Source of the DNA: Octopus vulgaris | Lineage: Eukaryota | Reading direction: 5' to 3' | Assembly (NCBI GenBank): GCA_951406725.2 | Contig: OX597818.1 | Location: 47,554,001 to 47,618,000 of the forward strand | DNA length: 64,000 nt | Shown here: in pieces, positions 15,215 to 29,369 of the stretch | Layout of the letters: the number at the start of each line of letters is the position of its first letter | Position numbering within the stretch: position 1 is the first letter of the stretch | Notes under the pieces: model-generated | Database searches by the model: none | Seen by the model: the letters and a program-made list of their open reading frames with translations, nothing else | What the model was told of the DNA's origin: nothing | Position numbers and translations under genes: made by a program

Positions 15215-15750
15215 CCTATATATATGTGTTTGTGTGTGCATATGTATATATGTATATAAAGTGTATATTATATATACATATATATTATATATGTATATAT
15301 ATATGTATGTATATATATTATATATATATGTATATATATATGTATGTATATATATTATATATATATGTATATATATATGTATGTATATATATTATATATA
15401 TATGTATATATATGTATGTATATATATATGTATATGTGTATATATATGTATGTATATGTGTATATATATGTATGTATATATATGTATATGTGTATATATA
15501 TGTATATATATGTATATGTGTATGTATGTATATAATGTATATGTGTATATATATATGCATCTATATATGTGTATGTATATATATGCATATATATGTGTGT
15601 GTGTGTGTATATATATAAATTTATGTATATATATATATAGGTATATATGTGTATACATACATACAAACATATATCTATATAAGTATGTATGTGTATATAT
15701 ATAGATATGCATATATATATATAGATATGCATATATATATATATATTATA
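15215..15750. repeat. Compound TA/TG microsatellite
   Basis: Direct inspection. Confidence 0.97.
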
Positions 15751-15819
15751 GTTGAATCGTACTCCCTCTTCTTTTTGACTCTATTAATTCTTTCCTTTAT
15801 ATATATATATATATATATA

Positions 15820-15992
15820 GGGAGAATTCACAAAAAAACCCAACAAAAGACGAAAACAGGTGGTGTAGACAACAAACAGATGTAATAGTATAATGCTAAG
15901 GAAGTGAAAAAGTCTTTAATGTTTCGAGCCTACACTCTTCCACAGAAAGAAACAAGGAGAGAAAATAACGAATGTGTAGTGGCTAGCGATCT
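15820..15992 (-). mobile_element. Single copy of the same Penelope-like remnant, next to (TA)n
   Basis: Aligns to 35751-35927 (aaaagacgaa.acaggtggtgta...tttcgagccta..ctcttc..cagaaag). Confidence 0.55.
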
Positions 15993-17730
15993 AAAATACA
16001 CATATACGTATATATATATAACGTATTTGTATATAATACACATGTATAATGCACATTGCTATTTCTGGCCAGTGAGTTCCTGGAAAAAAATATCTCATGT
16101 TCTCAGGAATTACTAATTTTTGCCAGCTGAGTGGACTGGAGCAATGTGAAATGAATTATTTTGCTTGAGGATACTATGCACCACCCACTCCAGGAATTGA
16201 AATGACAACCCTACAATGATGAGTCCAACATCCTAAGTACTAACCCATGCACCTCTATGCAATTCCATTTTATGTAGCATTAAATAGATATGGCATTTTC
16301 CTTCTATACAGGGTGATAGTTCATCACAGTTGATTTATTCCTAGAGCTCTATTCCTTTGTAGGTAGGTAAATTCAAGCACATTGAACTGTTTTCTGATTA
16401 GAAAAAGCTAAGAAATGCTTGATTTAAACTCTGCATTCATGAACCACTAACTGAATATCCTAGTTGCTTACGGCAGCTTAATCATTTTTTTTAATGAAAT
16501 ACAGAGAATCTAGTGTTTAGCCAGATCCTGTATAAATATATGAAATCACAAGACAGAGAATTACTGTTATCTGTGAGGAATATTTTCTTACAATCTGACA
16601 TTATTTTAGGTTGGTTTAACTCTTTAACTGCAAAAACCATATATCCACTCAAAATTTCTTTACATTTAACTGTGGAAAGCAGTTTTATATACCAGTCTTG
16701 TCTCTTGTTGAGGCATGTCATGTTTAAAACAAATTTTTTGTTGAAATATGCCAAGTTTATTGCGGCATCACAACATGCAGAAAATACCAGTTCTACTGTT
16801 TGGTTGACATTACTGGAAAAACCATGAAATTTAATATCACAGTTAAGTGGTTAAATAGCAAATTCTCTTTTTATCTGATATTGTGGTTAAAAAAGGGATA
16901 GTTTCTTAGTTTTCTCTTTTATTTTTTAATTATTTGCATGACGAGGTAAAAAAAAAAAAAAAGAAAAAATGAAATCTGTGAATGTATATTCAAATAGATT
17001 ATGCTACTGTTACATAATTTATTTGTTAATGAATCATCATTCATTAAATATTTGCTGCTGGATTTAGAAAGTCTCTTTTCGATCAATGTAGAAAATTAAT
17101 CTTGTTATAGCTCTCCACTTAAAAAAAAAAGACTAAAAAAACCCCCAAAAAAACAAAGTACTTAAAAACGCCAACTAGTATATAGTTTGAATGTGGTTAC
17201 CAGGAATTACTGTTATGAAATTTTGGCATTTTTTTGGTTCTGTAAACAATCTGAATAAATTATAATACAAAGTCTGCTATTCTGAACACAGATAGGATTT
17301 AGGTTAATCAATGATTAGGATACTGTGTTAATCAACTCAGTTATTGCAAAGTCAAGTAATGATTCATGGAAATCAGTAAATTAGATGAAATAATTAGAAT
17401 ATTATAATATTGATTTCTCACAATCATACTGGGGCACAAACTATAGAAAGAGGCACTGTTGATTGAGTGGACCCAGTAATTAGTTTGTAATCTATCAGTA
17501 ATGCAACGCAAATTAAAGTCAGAAGGGAGGAGAAAGCTAAAGTATGTAAGGCATTCCAGTGCACAAAAAAATTTCACATGTATAGATACACACACATACA
17601 CAGGTAACCATATGTATGTGTGCACATGTACACATGTATCTGACCCATGCTAGCATAAAAAATGCATGTTAAAGCGGATGATATATATGTGTGTATATAT
17701 ATGTGCACATGTATATATACACACATACAA

Positions 17731-17938
17731 GGCGGCGAGCTGGCAGAAACGTTAGCGCGCCGGGTGAAATGCTTAGCCGTTACGTTCTGAGTTCAAATTC
17801 CGCCGAGGTCGACTTTGCCTTTCATCCTTTCGGGGTCGATAAAGTACCAGTTACGCACTGGGGTTGATGTAATCGACTTAATCCCTTTGTCTGTCTTTGT
17901 CCCCTCTATGTTTAGCCCCTTGTGGGCAATAAAGAAAT
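17731..17938 (+). mobile_element. tRNA-derived SINE, family B
   Basis: ggcggcgagctggcagaaacgttagc...gagttcaaattcc (B-box)...gcctttcatcctttcggggtcgataaa, which resembles the MetaSINE central domain. Confidence 0.82.
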
Positions 17939-17987
17939 ATATATACATGCACATTCACAACCATACACCCATATAAATAAATATATA

Positions 17988-18044
<57 letters not shown>

Positions 18045-18221
18045 TAAAATACGAGAAATATATTTGGTAGTTTAAACTTTATAAAGCATACATGTGTTTT
18101 GATGAATCAACTGACAGAATTACACAATCATTTGGTGAAATTATATGATTTTAACAAATTACCTCGTCAGTATTTTGGCAAAAAAAAGTCATGAAATACT
18201 GAGGAAATGGATTGATACCTT

Positions 18222-18575
18222 TATTCTTTTACTTGTTTCACTCATTTGACTAGGGCCGTGCTGGAGCAGCACCTTTAGTTGAGCAAGTTGACTCCAGGGC
18301 TTATTCTTTGTAAGCCTAGGACTTATTCTATCAGTATCTTTTGCTGAACCACTAACATTGGTTGTCAAGCAATGGTGGGGGGACAAACCCAGACACATAA
18401 ATACATACATACACTCACACACACACACATTTATGATGGGCTTCTTTCAGTTTCCGTCTACCAAATCCACTCATAAGGCTTTGGTTGCTCTGAGGTTATA
18501 GTAGAAGACACTTGTCTAAGGTGCTACACAGTGGGACCGAACCCAGAACTATGTGGTTGGGAAGCAAGCTTCTTA
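18222..18575 (-). mobile_element. SINE family A
   Basis: Reverse complement of family A. Confidence 0.78.
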
Positions 18576-21191
18576 TCATGTGTGTGTGAGTATGTCTGTG
18601 TGTCTGAGTATGTACGCATGTATTGGTGTGTGCATGCATGTGTATGTGAATGAAATTAAAATTTTCTTTTTCAGATTTGAAGTTTGTCTTTATCCATTCT
18701 CTTAACTTCAATCACTTTCATTCTTTGACCATGATTCCTTTTCTTTATTTTACTCTTTCTTCTCCCATCATTTGTCTTTCTCTGCAAAAGCATTATCTAT
18801 GGAACTTCAGGCAACCCCAATAAGAGGTACGAAAGACTAGAGAATAGTACCTTTTTTAGTGGTACATGATCAATGTAAGCAGAATATTTTTAATGTCATT
18901 TATACAAGATGGTCAGTGTATCAAAGCAAAGACACAAAGAAAAATACCAATGCAAATATAAACCATAAACGCATATATGTGTGCACATCAGCAGTTACAT
19001 GTTAGGGTCCCCTCTGACTAATATCAGAGAGATCCCACTAAGTAATCCTTTGGAAATATGCTACAAGAAAAATTTTCCAATATTCCAATTTTATAAATCT
19101 AATGACTCATGTTAAAAGTTGGATGAATGAAAAGAAACTTTTGAAGTTCAGACAAGCTCTGAATGTATTATAATATTCAATTGAATTTAATTTGATCTAA
19201 CGATATCATTCATCTGAAAATTGTTGTAATATTAAGATCGTTTTATAGATTATCTCTTTTGAAACTGCACATAATTGCCACGTAGTTATCAATGCCATTT
19301 TAGCATCACCAGAAGGTTGTTGTGAAACATGAAAGGACTTGTGAAAATAAAAAAATAAAAAATAAACAATGAAAATCCAGCTACACACACACACATTAAA
19401 CATATGTTTATACATATATACAAACGTATATTTATGTATAAACACACCTCTTTCTCTCACTCACTCTCTCTCTCTCTCTTTCTCTCTCCATATGTACACA
19501 CAATTTGTTATAGAAAGATGGCTTTGGTAATGGCATCATCGTTAGAATATTTAGCACCAATAATAATAATAATAATAATAACAAAGTTATTAAAATATTA
19601 CCTCAAAAATATTTAATTAGTCATATTTTTGGTAAAATACCACTTTTGAAAAGCAATGATTTGGCTTATTTTAATCAGAATGGTTTGTTTAACTTTTTTG
19701 TTATCATATTTGTTGAAAAGGCCTTTGCCTTTGTTCTAATTAATTTTGAAAATAATGAAGAATTTATTAGAATAATTATGTTCATAAGCTGGCATTTAGA
19801 ATATAAATTAAATTTTGAAGGAAGGTTTAATTCTAGACCACTTCAAAACAAGAAGTTCTATCATGGAACCCCCAGGGGTGTCAGAAGTTGCTTGGCATCA
19901 CAGATTACTGCTGCTATGGTTTTGATGGTGACTGCAATGTTCTTGTTCCTACATTTGTCAAAGTGTTTTATGAATGATGATGCATGTGTGAAAAGATGTT
20001 CCTTGATTCAGATGTGTATGAGCTGAATCAAATTGCCTGTTTATTGTCTTGTTGCATTGAACTTGGTACACAAAGTAAGTTTACAGGCATGTATATGTTT
20101 TGTGCATAGAGCAGTTGGCCAGCTCTCATAGGCATCTGTTGAGGAGCTGTTTATGAGGCATTTGTTAGGAAGTTCTCAGGTTAGCCAGCTTCATATATAC
20201 ATTATATAAAGCTTTATATAAAATTCTATATCAGCTTTATATTTTCCCTGTAGATGGCCTTGCAGTAGTACTTTCACTGAAATGTGGAAATCTAAGCAAA
20301 CGAGTGTTGGAAGAGTGCTTTCATTTCTTTGGTTTGGTGTCATGCAGGTGACTAGTAAAGGATGCTGAATATTTGTTGATTTTTATTAGTTTTTAAAACT
20401 GGGTGACATGGATGGCCTAATCTAATCAACCTTTAGCATGCTGAAGGCAAATCATGTTGCTATACAGGTTTTCTCCCCTGTGGATGCAGGCACATTGTAT
20501 TGCATCAAAAAGGGAGAAAACTCATACCGTGACATAATTTGCCTTCAGTGTGCTAAATGTTAATGCATATGGTTTGAATAGGGATGAGCTTGCTTCATAT
20601 GAATATGGTCTTTGCAAATTCAAGCTCTTTCATACATACATACATATATACATACATGCATGCATGACAGTCATGTAATAAATGTTATCTTTCTATTGGT
20701 AGTCTGAAAATTCATATACGTTTGAATGCAGTGTCAACTGTCACAATTCTGCATTGCATTTAACTGAGAGCAGATATTTATGCAAAAGCTGCAAACCAAC
20801 AACTAAGCTAAATAAAAGACATCTTCACTTTATAGCACTTTCGCAAATAATAGTCACACTTACTGTTGAGTCAAATTTCATCTCCCTCATTGTGTATATA
20901 CATATATGTATTTATATGTATGTAGTTAGGTGTGTGTATGTATTCCCATAAAAGTATGCATGTATATGTTAAGAGGTGTGTTCACAATTATGAATACATT
21001 CGTAAATGTATATGTATGATTGTGTGTTTAAGAGAAATACATACAATTTTTCACACATGCAGTTATTAATACTGGATTGCCAGTGTATGTTTCAATGTGT
21101 GTATTTACGTATATGTAATGTGTGTGTGTATAATGTATTTAACTATCTTTTATATATGTTATATATAGACGTTTTATATATATTATATATA

Positions 21192-21585
21192 GGCATAGGA
21201 GTGGCTGTGTGGTAAGTAGCTTGCTTACGAACCACGTGGTTCCGGGTTCAGTCCCACTGCATGGCACCTTGGGCAAGTGTGTTCTACTATAGCCTCGGGC
21301 CAACCAAAGCCTTGTGAGTGGATTTCGTAGACGGAAACTGAAAGAAGCCCGTTGTATATATGCATATGTGTATATATGTATGTGTGTCTGTGTTTGTTCC
21401 CCCAACATCACTTGACAACCAATGCTGGTGTGTTTACATCCCTGTAAATTAGTTTGGCAAATGAGTCTGATAGAATAAATACTAAGCTTACAAAGAATAA
21501 GTCCTGGGGTCGATTTGCTCGACTAAAGGCAGTGCTCCTGCATGGCCACAGTGAAATGACTGAAACAAGTAAAAGAGTAAAAGAG
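21192..21585 (+). mobile_element. tRNA-derived SINE, family A, full-length
   Basis: A-box-like gtggctgtgtggtaag and B-box-like gggttcagtccc; central (TA/TG)n; tail gaaacaagtaaaagag; many copies in the window. Confidence 0.85.
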
Positions 21586-22229
21586 ATATGTAAGGGCATG
21601 TGTGTATGAGTGCATTTATGTCTTCTCTCCTCTCTTCTGCTAGTGTGTGTGTTTTTGTCTCCTCTGTCACCTCCTTCATGAGGTGTGTTATCTTCAGATC
21701 ATCTTCCCCCAGGTCTTTCACGCTCCCTCTCTGCCACATATTCCGTTTACTCTGAAACTCTTTGTTGCTAGTAGGTATGTAGACATAACATGTATGATGT
21801 GCATACATTTTGTGTTTGTATGTATGAATATGTATGTCTCTCTTTGTGTGTATGATATTAGATATATGTATAAATATATAATGCAAATAAGAAAATAGAG
21901 GAACAGATTCATTACAATCATCGACTTACAGATATTACCAATTCATATTATTTATCAACTACATAAATAGGAACATCCAAATCCAACAAAACAAAACAAT
22001 ATACATCAATATGTAAGAATAATACCGTAAGAATATTACACATAAAATGGATCTTACAGCTGTTTCAGCCTGTAGATAAAGGTATCTCATTCTGCCTGTA
22101 TTAGTCAGATGTATTGAGGTAATATGCAGTTAAAAATGAGTTACATTGGATAACTGATATCCCATAGTTGGTTACACTCATAGCCCCGATTATATACAAT
22201 GGTTGGCATAAGTATACAAATAGCATTTA

Positions 22230-22624
22230 CTAGCAGTATCACCCGGCGTTGCTCGGGTTTGTAAGGGAAATAACTATATAAGCATTTTTAGAGATGTAAA
22301 GTATAATAGCCATCTTAATATGGCTAACCACAAAGGGGGTGTTACTGTAGCTTTTTACGTTCTGAGTTTTAATAATACATTTTTAGAGAGTTACTTCCCT
22401 TATATAAACTGAGCGAAAATGCATTAAAAATGCGGAAAAATTATGGTCAGTTTTTTTTTAAATCGTAGACTCATCGTAGACGCGCGCTAATACCCAGAAG
22501 GGCCCGATATGAATCACGACTATAAGATACTCGCTTTTGGTTAAACTGCACCGCAAAATGTGGGAGTAGTTAGGAACCTAAATCGGTGGAGACAGACACA
22601 CAACTTGACTTTTATATATAAAGA
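22230..22624 (-). mobile_element. Non-autonomous Helitron
   Basis: Minus strand: A|TCTTTATATATAAA 5' end, GC-rich subterminal hairpin CCCGAGCAACGCCGGG, CTAG|T 3' end; inserted between A and T, no TSD. Confidence 0.85.
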
Positions 22625-22723
22625 TATACTTGCTGAGTGGGGTATCGTGGAGTAGATAGATGAATGTTTGCTCAACCAGTTGTGTAAATGTGAAGGCTTG
22701 TGGCTTAGTGGTTGTGGTATAAA

Positions 22724-22940
22724 GGCGGTGGGCTGGCAGAAACGTTAGCACGCCGGGTGAATGCGTAGCCGTATTTCGTCTATCGCTACGTTCTGAGTTC
22801 AAATTCCGCTGAGGTCGACTTTGCCTTTCATCCTTTCGGGGTCAATTAAATAAGTACCAGTTACGCACTGGGGTCGATATAATCGACTTAATCCGTTTGT
22901 CTGTCCTTGTTTGTCCTCTCTGTGTTTAGCCCCTTGTGGG
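22724..22940 (+). mobile_element. SINE family B inserted in the head of a family D copy
   Basis: Colinear with 17731-17938; ggttgtggtat is repeated on both sides. Confidence 0.8.
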
Positions 22941-23562
22941 TTGTGGTATTCAGCTCACAAACATAAGGTTGTGAGATCAATTCCCAGCAACATATTGTAT
23001 CCTTGAGCAAGACACTTCATTTCATGTTGCTCCAGTCCACTCGCTTGGCAAAAAGGAGTTGTACCTGTATTGCAAGGGGCCAGCCTTGTCACATTCTATG
23101 CCATGCTGAATCTCCCTGTGTATTATATTAACCTTTTAACATATTTTCCCATATATTTTCATTTGGAGATGTCTAATAAATATATATTTGAATGAAAATA
23201 TACATTCACTGTGTTCTGAGGATATCTGTCACTTATATCTAACTTGAAATTCTTCGTTCATGATGTTATTCCCATTTTCTATCATTAGCTATCAGTAACT
23301 TCATCATAAATCATAACTGATCCAAAATAATTTGTGTACTTATTCTTTCTTATATACAGATTCAAAATAAATATTTAAAAAAATATTTTTTGCATGAAAA
23401 TTGGAAAAAAAAATGTGTATGTGTGTTTGTGGTGCACTCAGCGACTTACTTGCCCATTAATTTCATGAGCAGGCTGTTCAATTGATTGGATCAACTGGAA
23501 CCCTCATTGTCGTAACTGACAGAGTATCAGTTATCTAATAAATATACTACGTCTTGTATGCT

Positions 23563-23618
<56 letters not shown>

Positions 23619-23715
23619 CACACACGATATATATATACATATATATATGTGTATCTGTGTATATATATATATATGTGTATGTATATATATATATGTATGT
23701 ATATATATATGTGTG

Positions 23716-23787
<72 letters not shown>

Positions 23788-26700
23788 CACACACACACAC
23801 ATATATATAAGGAAAATTGCTTTTTTATTTCTTTTCTGTTACTACTAATAATTTCTGTACCATAAAGTTGATATGGTGTCTGCTTTTTGATTCATGTAAA
23901 ATGGCACTTGCAGTGCAAGGTGTATGTATCATCTTGATGTTAGAATGTTTAAACTCTGATGCAAAAATTTGTATTCTTTTGTATTTATATCGGAACATGG
24001 AAATACATATAAAATTATTTACACACCATCATCATCAGTGTTATTGTTGTCATCATCATCATCATCAAAATCATTTTAACATCTATGTTATATGCTGGCA
24101 TAGGTTGGATGGTTTGATATGGTCTGATGGGCCCCAGAACAGTTTCTACAGTTGGATGTCTTTCCTAATGCCAACCACTTTATAGCATGTACAGGGCACT
24201 TTTTTCTTTATGCCACCAGCACTAGTGAGGTCACCATACTGCTTGCAAGATTAGAAATGCTGAAGAGTGGGAGGGGATATCTTTACAGTAGGAAAATAAA
24301 GATTAGAGAGGGATAAAATATGAGAGAAAAGGGCTTGAACAAAACAGTTTTCTTGCTGTAGAGTAGCTACATGACTACTCACATTTTAGAGAGGGTGGTG
24401 GTGGTGGGAGGATGGAGCTGGTAAAAGATAAAAATTGGTGAAGAGGTAGCAGGCTGTTGTGAGATTAGGATCTAATGTAATCATAGTTGCTATGTCTGAT
24501 TTCAATGTTTATCTGATGTCTGTAGATATTTGGCAGTCTGTTTCTTAGTGTATAGATTGTCTGAGATTTTTGAATAGTTGTGTTTGCTTTCTGGCTGAAA
24601 GTTCTCAAGATATGCTATTCATCTTATAACTAAGAGAAAAATAAAATGAACATTCTTTGTGTTTTTTTTCAAATATAATGTTAGGATATAGGCAGTTTCA
24701 TAGTTTCATGACCTACCCTCCATTAAAAAAAAATGAAGAAAAATCTTGGTATCATCACATTTATAGAATCCCAGCAATTTGCTTTGCAAGTGACAGTTTA
24801 TACAATGTTATATCCACATTACATCATTAGTCAAAAAGTCTTAGACGTTCTTCTTGTAACACCACGTAAAGTGGTTATAAGAAAATGAATAAATTTATTT
24901 TGTAGATTTTCAACTGAGCCTTCTAGAAGATCCTCAACATGAATGAACATTTGAGCTTATTCTCTGGATGGAGCCATCAGTACGGAAGGAAGAATATTGG
25001 TTTAGACTCTGTAATTTTTTTATTTTATTTTTCATTAAAATATCTTCACATAAGTTCAAAGACCAAGAAATCTTGCTCATTTATCAGAAATCTTTTGGTT
25101 TTCTTTTTAGAATATGCTCCAATCTAAAGTCATATTTTAATGTAATATGTATGACCAAAAGCAATGTAAAGCATCATGAATAATTTATATTTTAAGTTGT
25201 ATCTTTTTCTATCTTTCTGAGGAAAGTTTAAACTATCTGAGATATTGTAACATCTAAAAATGAAGCGTTTTACAATCAAGCTAATTAATAAAATCAGCTA
25301 GTAAATTGTTTATCAGTAGCTAAATTTAGGTATGTAAGAACTGATTTTTGTTGATTTTTTTTTTAATTCTTATATTTTTAGGTTGACCTTACCAAGAAAT
25401 GGTATCTTCAAACCTTGCCCATTCTTGCGAAGGTCAGAACACTTTTTTAAGTGCTACTAACCTTGTTTTTCTGTGCAAGTTAAACAATATTGGCTTCACT
25501 TGGTGGGGTTTTTTTCTCTGCAACAAAACTTCTTCTTTTCCTATAACCATCAATATATTGTTTGCATTTGTTGGTTTGTAAGTGCTGAACTTATCTGGAT
25601 GATTTACTGATTACTCAAAGTCACATCTAACCCGACTGAGTGCATTTGTCCTTACCCTCCTTGAAAACCTTTTCTCTCTGACTTGACTTGCTGCGTATGC
25701 CTACTAAATACACTTTGAAACATTTTGATGATTGGTATATGGTTTAATTAGATTGCTAATAAGGCTACAGGTTTTGCTTTTTAATTTATCTCTTGCTTAT
25801 CTGCTTGTTTGAGGAATTTTACTTACTATTGTCTTCAATGAATCTTTTGAGTGGTTATTCCTATTTAATTCCTTCTAAACTGTTGGGGGCATCTTTTTGC
25901 TTTCCTCTTATCAATAAATTGCACCATCTCCTCCTTGCCTGCCTACATTTCTGTCTTGCCAATAAAAAAAAAAAAATAATAATAATTTTATAAACACTAA
26001 ACTGTTCATTATTTTTCAGATGTATTGAATTAACTGTTATTGACGTTTTTTCTAGCAATTTTTTTTTCTTAATTAGTAAACTCTTGGCATTAAACCTAAT
26101 TGTTAGTACTAGTTTTTTTAATCAAGTTTTAGTGAAAGGGTATATATACAAATATAATGTAAATTTCTTAGTGAATAAATTAACATTTTACTCTTTATGT
26201 AAATTTTAAGAATATAGATTTATTTTTCAAGACGAGAATTATGAAAAAATTTAATTTTATTCAGTATGTTTCCAATGAATTCAAATGTAATAAAAGTAGA
26301 TTCTACCAATAGTTAAAGTCAACAGAAATGAGCACACGCTCGTCCATATCTACATGGTCACTTAACCTGCTAGAAATAATAGCAATGCCTCTCTTTCGTG
26401 TCATACCTAACCATCTTTAAAAGTAGGGAGGAACACATTGACTAATGTAATATGGACCTAGGTACACTTGCCTGAAAAGAAATATGACAGCTACTCTTTT
26501 ATCATTGGTTTACACAGAGTTAGCCAAGGGTTAAACAATAATGTATATAGTAATTAAGAGTAGTGAGATATATTTAGCTGCTGTGATTCCTATGGAAAAG
26601 AAAACAAATCACAAGCAAAAACAAAACTGTTTCCGCTCCTTCTTTTGTGATCCTCAAAGCATCTAAAGCACTTCTTCAGATGGTGGTACTTAAATATTTT

Positions 26701-27512
26701 GTTAAATAACAAGTTCTTAAACATTTTAGGGTTGGGTAGCTTGTGTATGTGACGATTGGTATTCCTATAATATTGTTCTGTTAAAAACTAATGTTAAGAA
26801 TGTTCTGTGTGGTTCTTCGAAACAGCTGTATGCTTTTCTGATTACAAGCTCAGATGTGGCTGTGCAGTGAAGAAGCTTGCTCTCTAACCATATGCTCTCA
26901 TGTTAAGCCCTACTGTACTGCACTTTGGACAAGTGTTTTCTACTATAACCCTGGGCCAACTAAAACCTTGTGAGCGGATTTGAAAGACGAAAGCTATAAG
27001 TCTTTCAAGTGTGTGTGTTGTACTGTTGTCTTAACATTATGTGGTGGTTTTAAACAAGCATCACTGTCGTACAAGTGATGTTGTTCAGAAATGAACAATT
27101 ACAAGTGATGTTCATTTCCAAACTACATCACTTGTAAAATTTCTATGAAAAACACATTTGGCCATGGGAAAGTATTGCCTTCCCTGAAGACAGGCAAAAC
27201 ATCTGGCTATAGAAAATCTGCTTCAACAAATTCTGACCCCTGCAATCATGGAAAAGTGGATGTTAAATTATGAAGATGATTTAGGACTAGCTACCATATT
27301 TCACATGATGATCTAAGATTTTAATATTTGTGGAAATTTTAAAGTAATTGAAAGGAAAGGTCTATTTAATTAAATCTTTGCAGGAAATACAAAAGCGAGT
27401 GGACCTTCTGTACGAAGAAAACTGCTTTGATCTTCTTTATGTTAAATGTTAGATAGATTTTTTTTTATATACTACGTCATCAGTCTATATACTGTCGTAT
27501 AACTTTTTTTTC

Positions 27513-27717
27513 ATTGGAAAATTTCTTAGAGATATCAACTGCATGGAAGCATATAGTTTAATATAGGCTAACATATCTAATGTAGTAAATCTAAAAGAAT
27601 TCTTGAAGGTTTTTCTCTATTTATTATTGGAAAATTTCTCAGGGATACCTTCTGCATGTAAATATGTAGTAAAGTGTAGGCTAACATGGTTAATGTAGTG
27701 AATCCAAAAGAATTTCT
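27513..27717. repeat. Old ~113-bp-period tandem duplication
   Basis: attggaaaa...ctgcatg...taggctaacat...taatgtagt.aatc.aaaagaatt occurs twice. Confidence 0.7.
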
Positions 27718-27869
27718 AATCAATTTAAAATAACACCTGTGATGAGAAGAAAAATCATTAGCATTACTGAAAATTCTTGAGAGAACTCCTGAACTTAAAT
27801 TGAGTAAAAATTAAATGATGGCATGCAGAGGGGAATGAGCCTAATCTTTGGTAGATATCGATGTCTTTT

Positions 27870-28232
27870 ATTTGTCTCAGTTGTTGGACTGTGGCCATGT
27901 TGGGGTACCACCTTGAAAGGTCTAGTTGAATAAATCGACCCCAGCATGTATTTTATTAAATCTGATACTTATTCTGTTGGTCTCTTTCACTGAACAGCTA
28001 AATTACAGGGACATAAACAAACCAATGCTGGCTGTCAAGAATTAGGAGACAAACACACACACACACACACACATGAGGCATACTTCCACACAGTTTTCAC
28101 CTACCAAATTCACTTATAAGGCATTGGTAATCTTGGAGCTAAAGTAGAAGACACTTATCCAAGGTGCCATGCAGTGGGACTGAACTCGAAACCCCATGGT
28201 TGCAAAGTGAGCTTTTTAACCACACAGCCATA
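27870..28232 (-). mobile_element. SINE family A (diverged)
   Basis: Reverse complement of family A. Confidence 0.7.
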
Positions 28233-28452
28233 ACAGCTCTGGATGTGTTTTGGTTTTATTGGTCCTCAGCAATATATAATATCTGTCTGACCGTTGACCA
28301 TTTTATGAAACCAATCACTGCAAAGTTTAATGCATTCTAAAGAATGTGAATGTGGTTTTCGAAATATTAAATGTATTTTGTATAAGAACCATCTTCAATT
28401 GACTCTTTGCTGTGTCTATTCTGTTTGTGATATTGTCTTATGATCAAGACAG

Positions 28453-28563
28453 ATTATAATTAAACTTTAATAATATTTTAATTATAATTAAACTTTAATA
28501 ATATTTTAATTATAATTAAACTTTAATAATATTTTAATTATAATTAAACTTTAATGATATTTT
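28453..28563. repeat. 28-bp AT-rich minisatellite x4
   Basis: Unit ATTATAATTAAACTTTAATAATATTTTA. Confidence 0.95.
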
Positions 28564-29369
28564 CAAGGTAGGTATATAACATATTACTTTATTACGTGTA
28601 GCGTCAGGAGCTTCATAGAAACTATTAGTGACAAATTATTGATATCAATAATCAATGGTACTTTGGGATCGCTGAAAATTAATAAAATTAAAAATTGTTC
28701 TTTGATTTAAAATTTCTTTGTAGTTTTCTAGATATTAATTCAATTTCTAATCTATCATTTATAAAAAAAAAGAAATTACTAAGTTTCACATTCAAACTTC
28801 TAATCCCACCAAATATTATAAACAAATGATTATTTCCCTTGTATTAACTGTCCACTAAGGGATTCTACGTGTTTGAAATAATTTTAATATATGCAGTTTT
28901 TATACTTAGTTATATTTATCATACTTTGTGTTCAGTTTAATTATATATGGTTAAAATAAATGGGGGAAATTTTGAAAAACAAAAGGTCAAATCATCCTGG
29001 AAGATTGCAATTATTTAGCATTAGGCATATCATAAATAGTGTATAATTGTCAGGTATAATATTATTAGCTGTTTTATACACTGGTGAATTTCTTAATGGG
29101 AATACATTTCATCATACTGGGAGAGTGAACCCAGAAACACATGGTTGCAAAGCGAACTCTCTAACTACATAGCTATGGCTAGAGTTTATCTTATTTATAT
29201 TACGATATATGTCTCTGTCTATACTTGAGCTTTAACCTTTTTTATATTAAATCAAAACAGGAATTTCTCTGTGGTTGCTTGACTTGCTAAGATCAGCAGT
29301 CAAATCTCCTTCAAATTATAGCCTACTATTTTCAAAAAGGAAAGACACATCGAACAATATCATTAATTA

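Noticed and set aside
21192-21265. tRNA gene
   Set aside because: The A/B boxes belong to a SINE head; no complete cloverleaf, and it continues into a repeat body.
28453-28563. 28-bp repeats, and the 26-bp repeats at 52931-53083, as CRISPR-like arrays
   Set aside because: Head-to-tail with no unique spacers, no cas genes, eukaryotic context.
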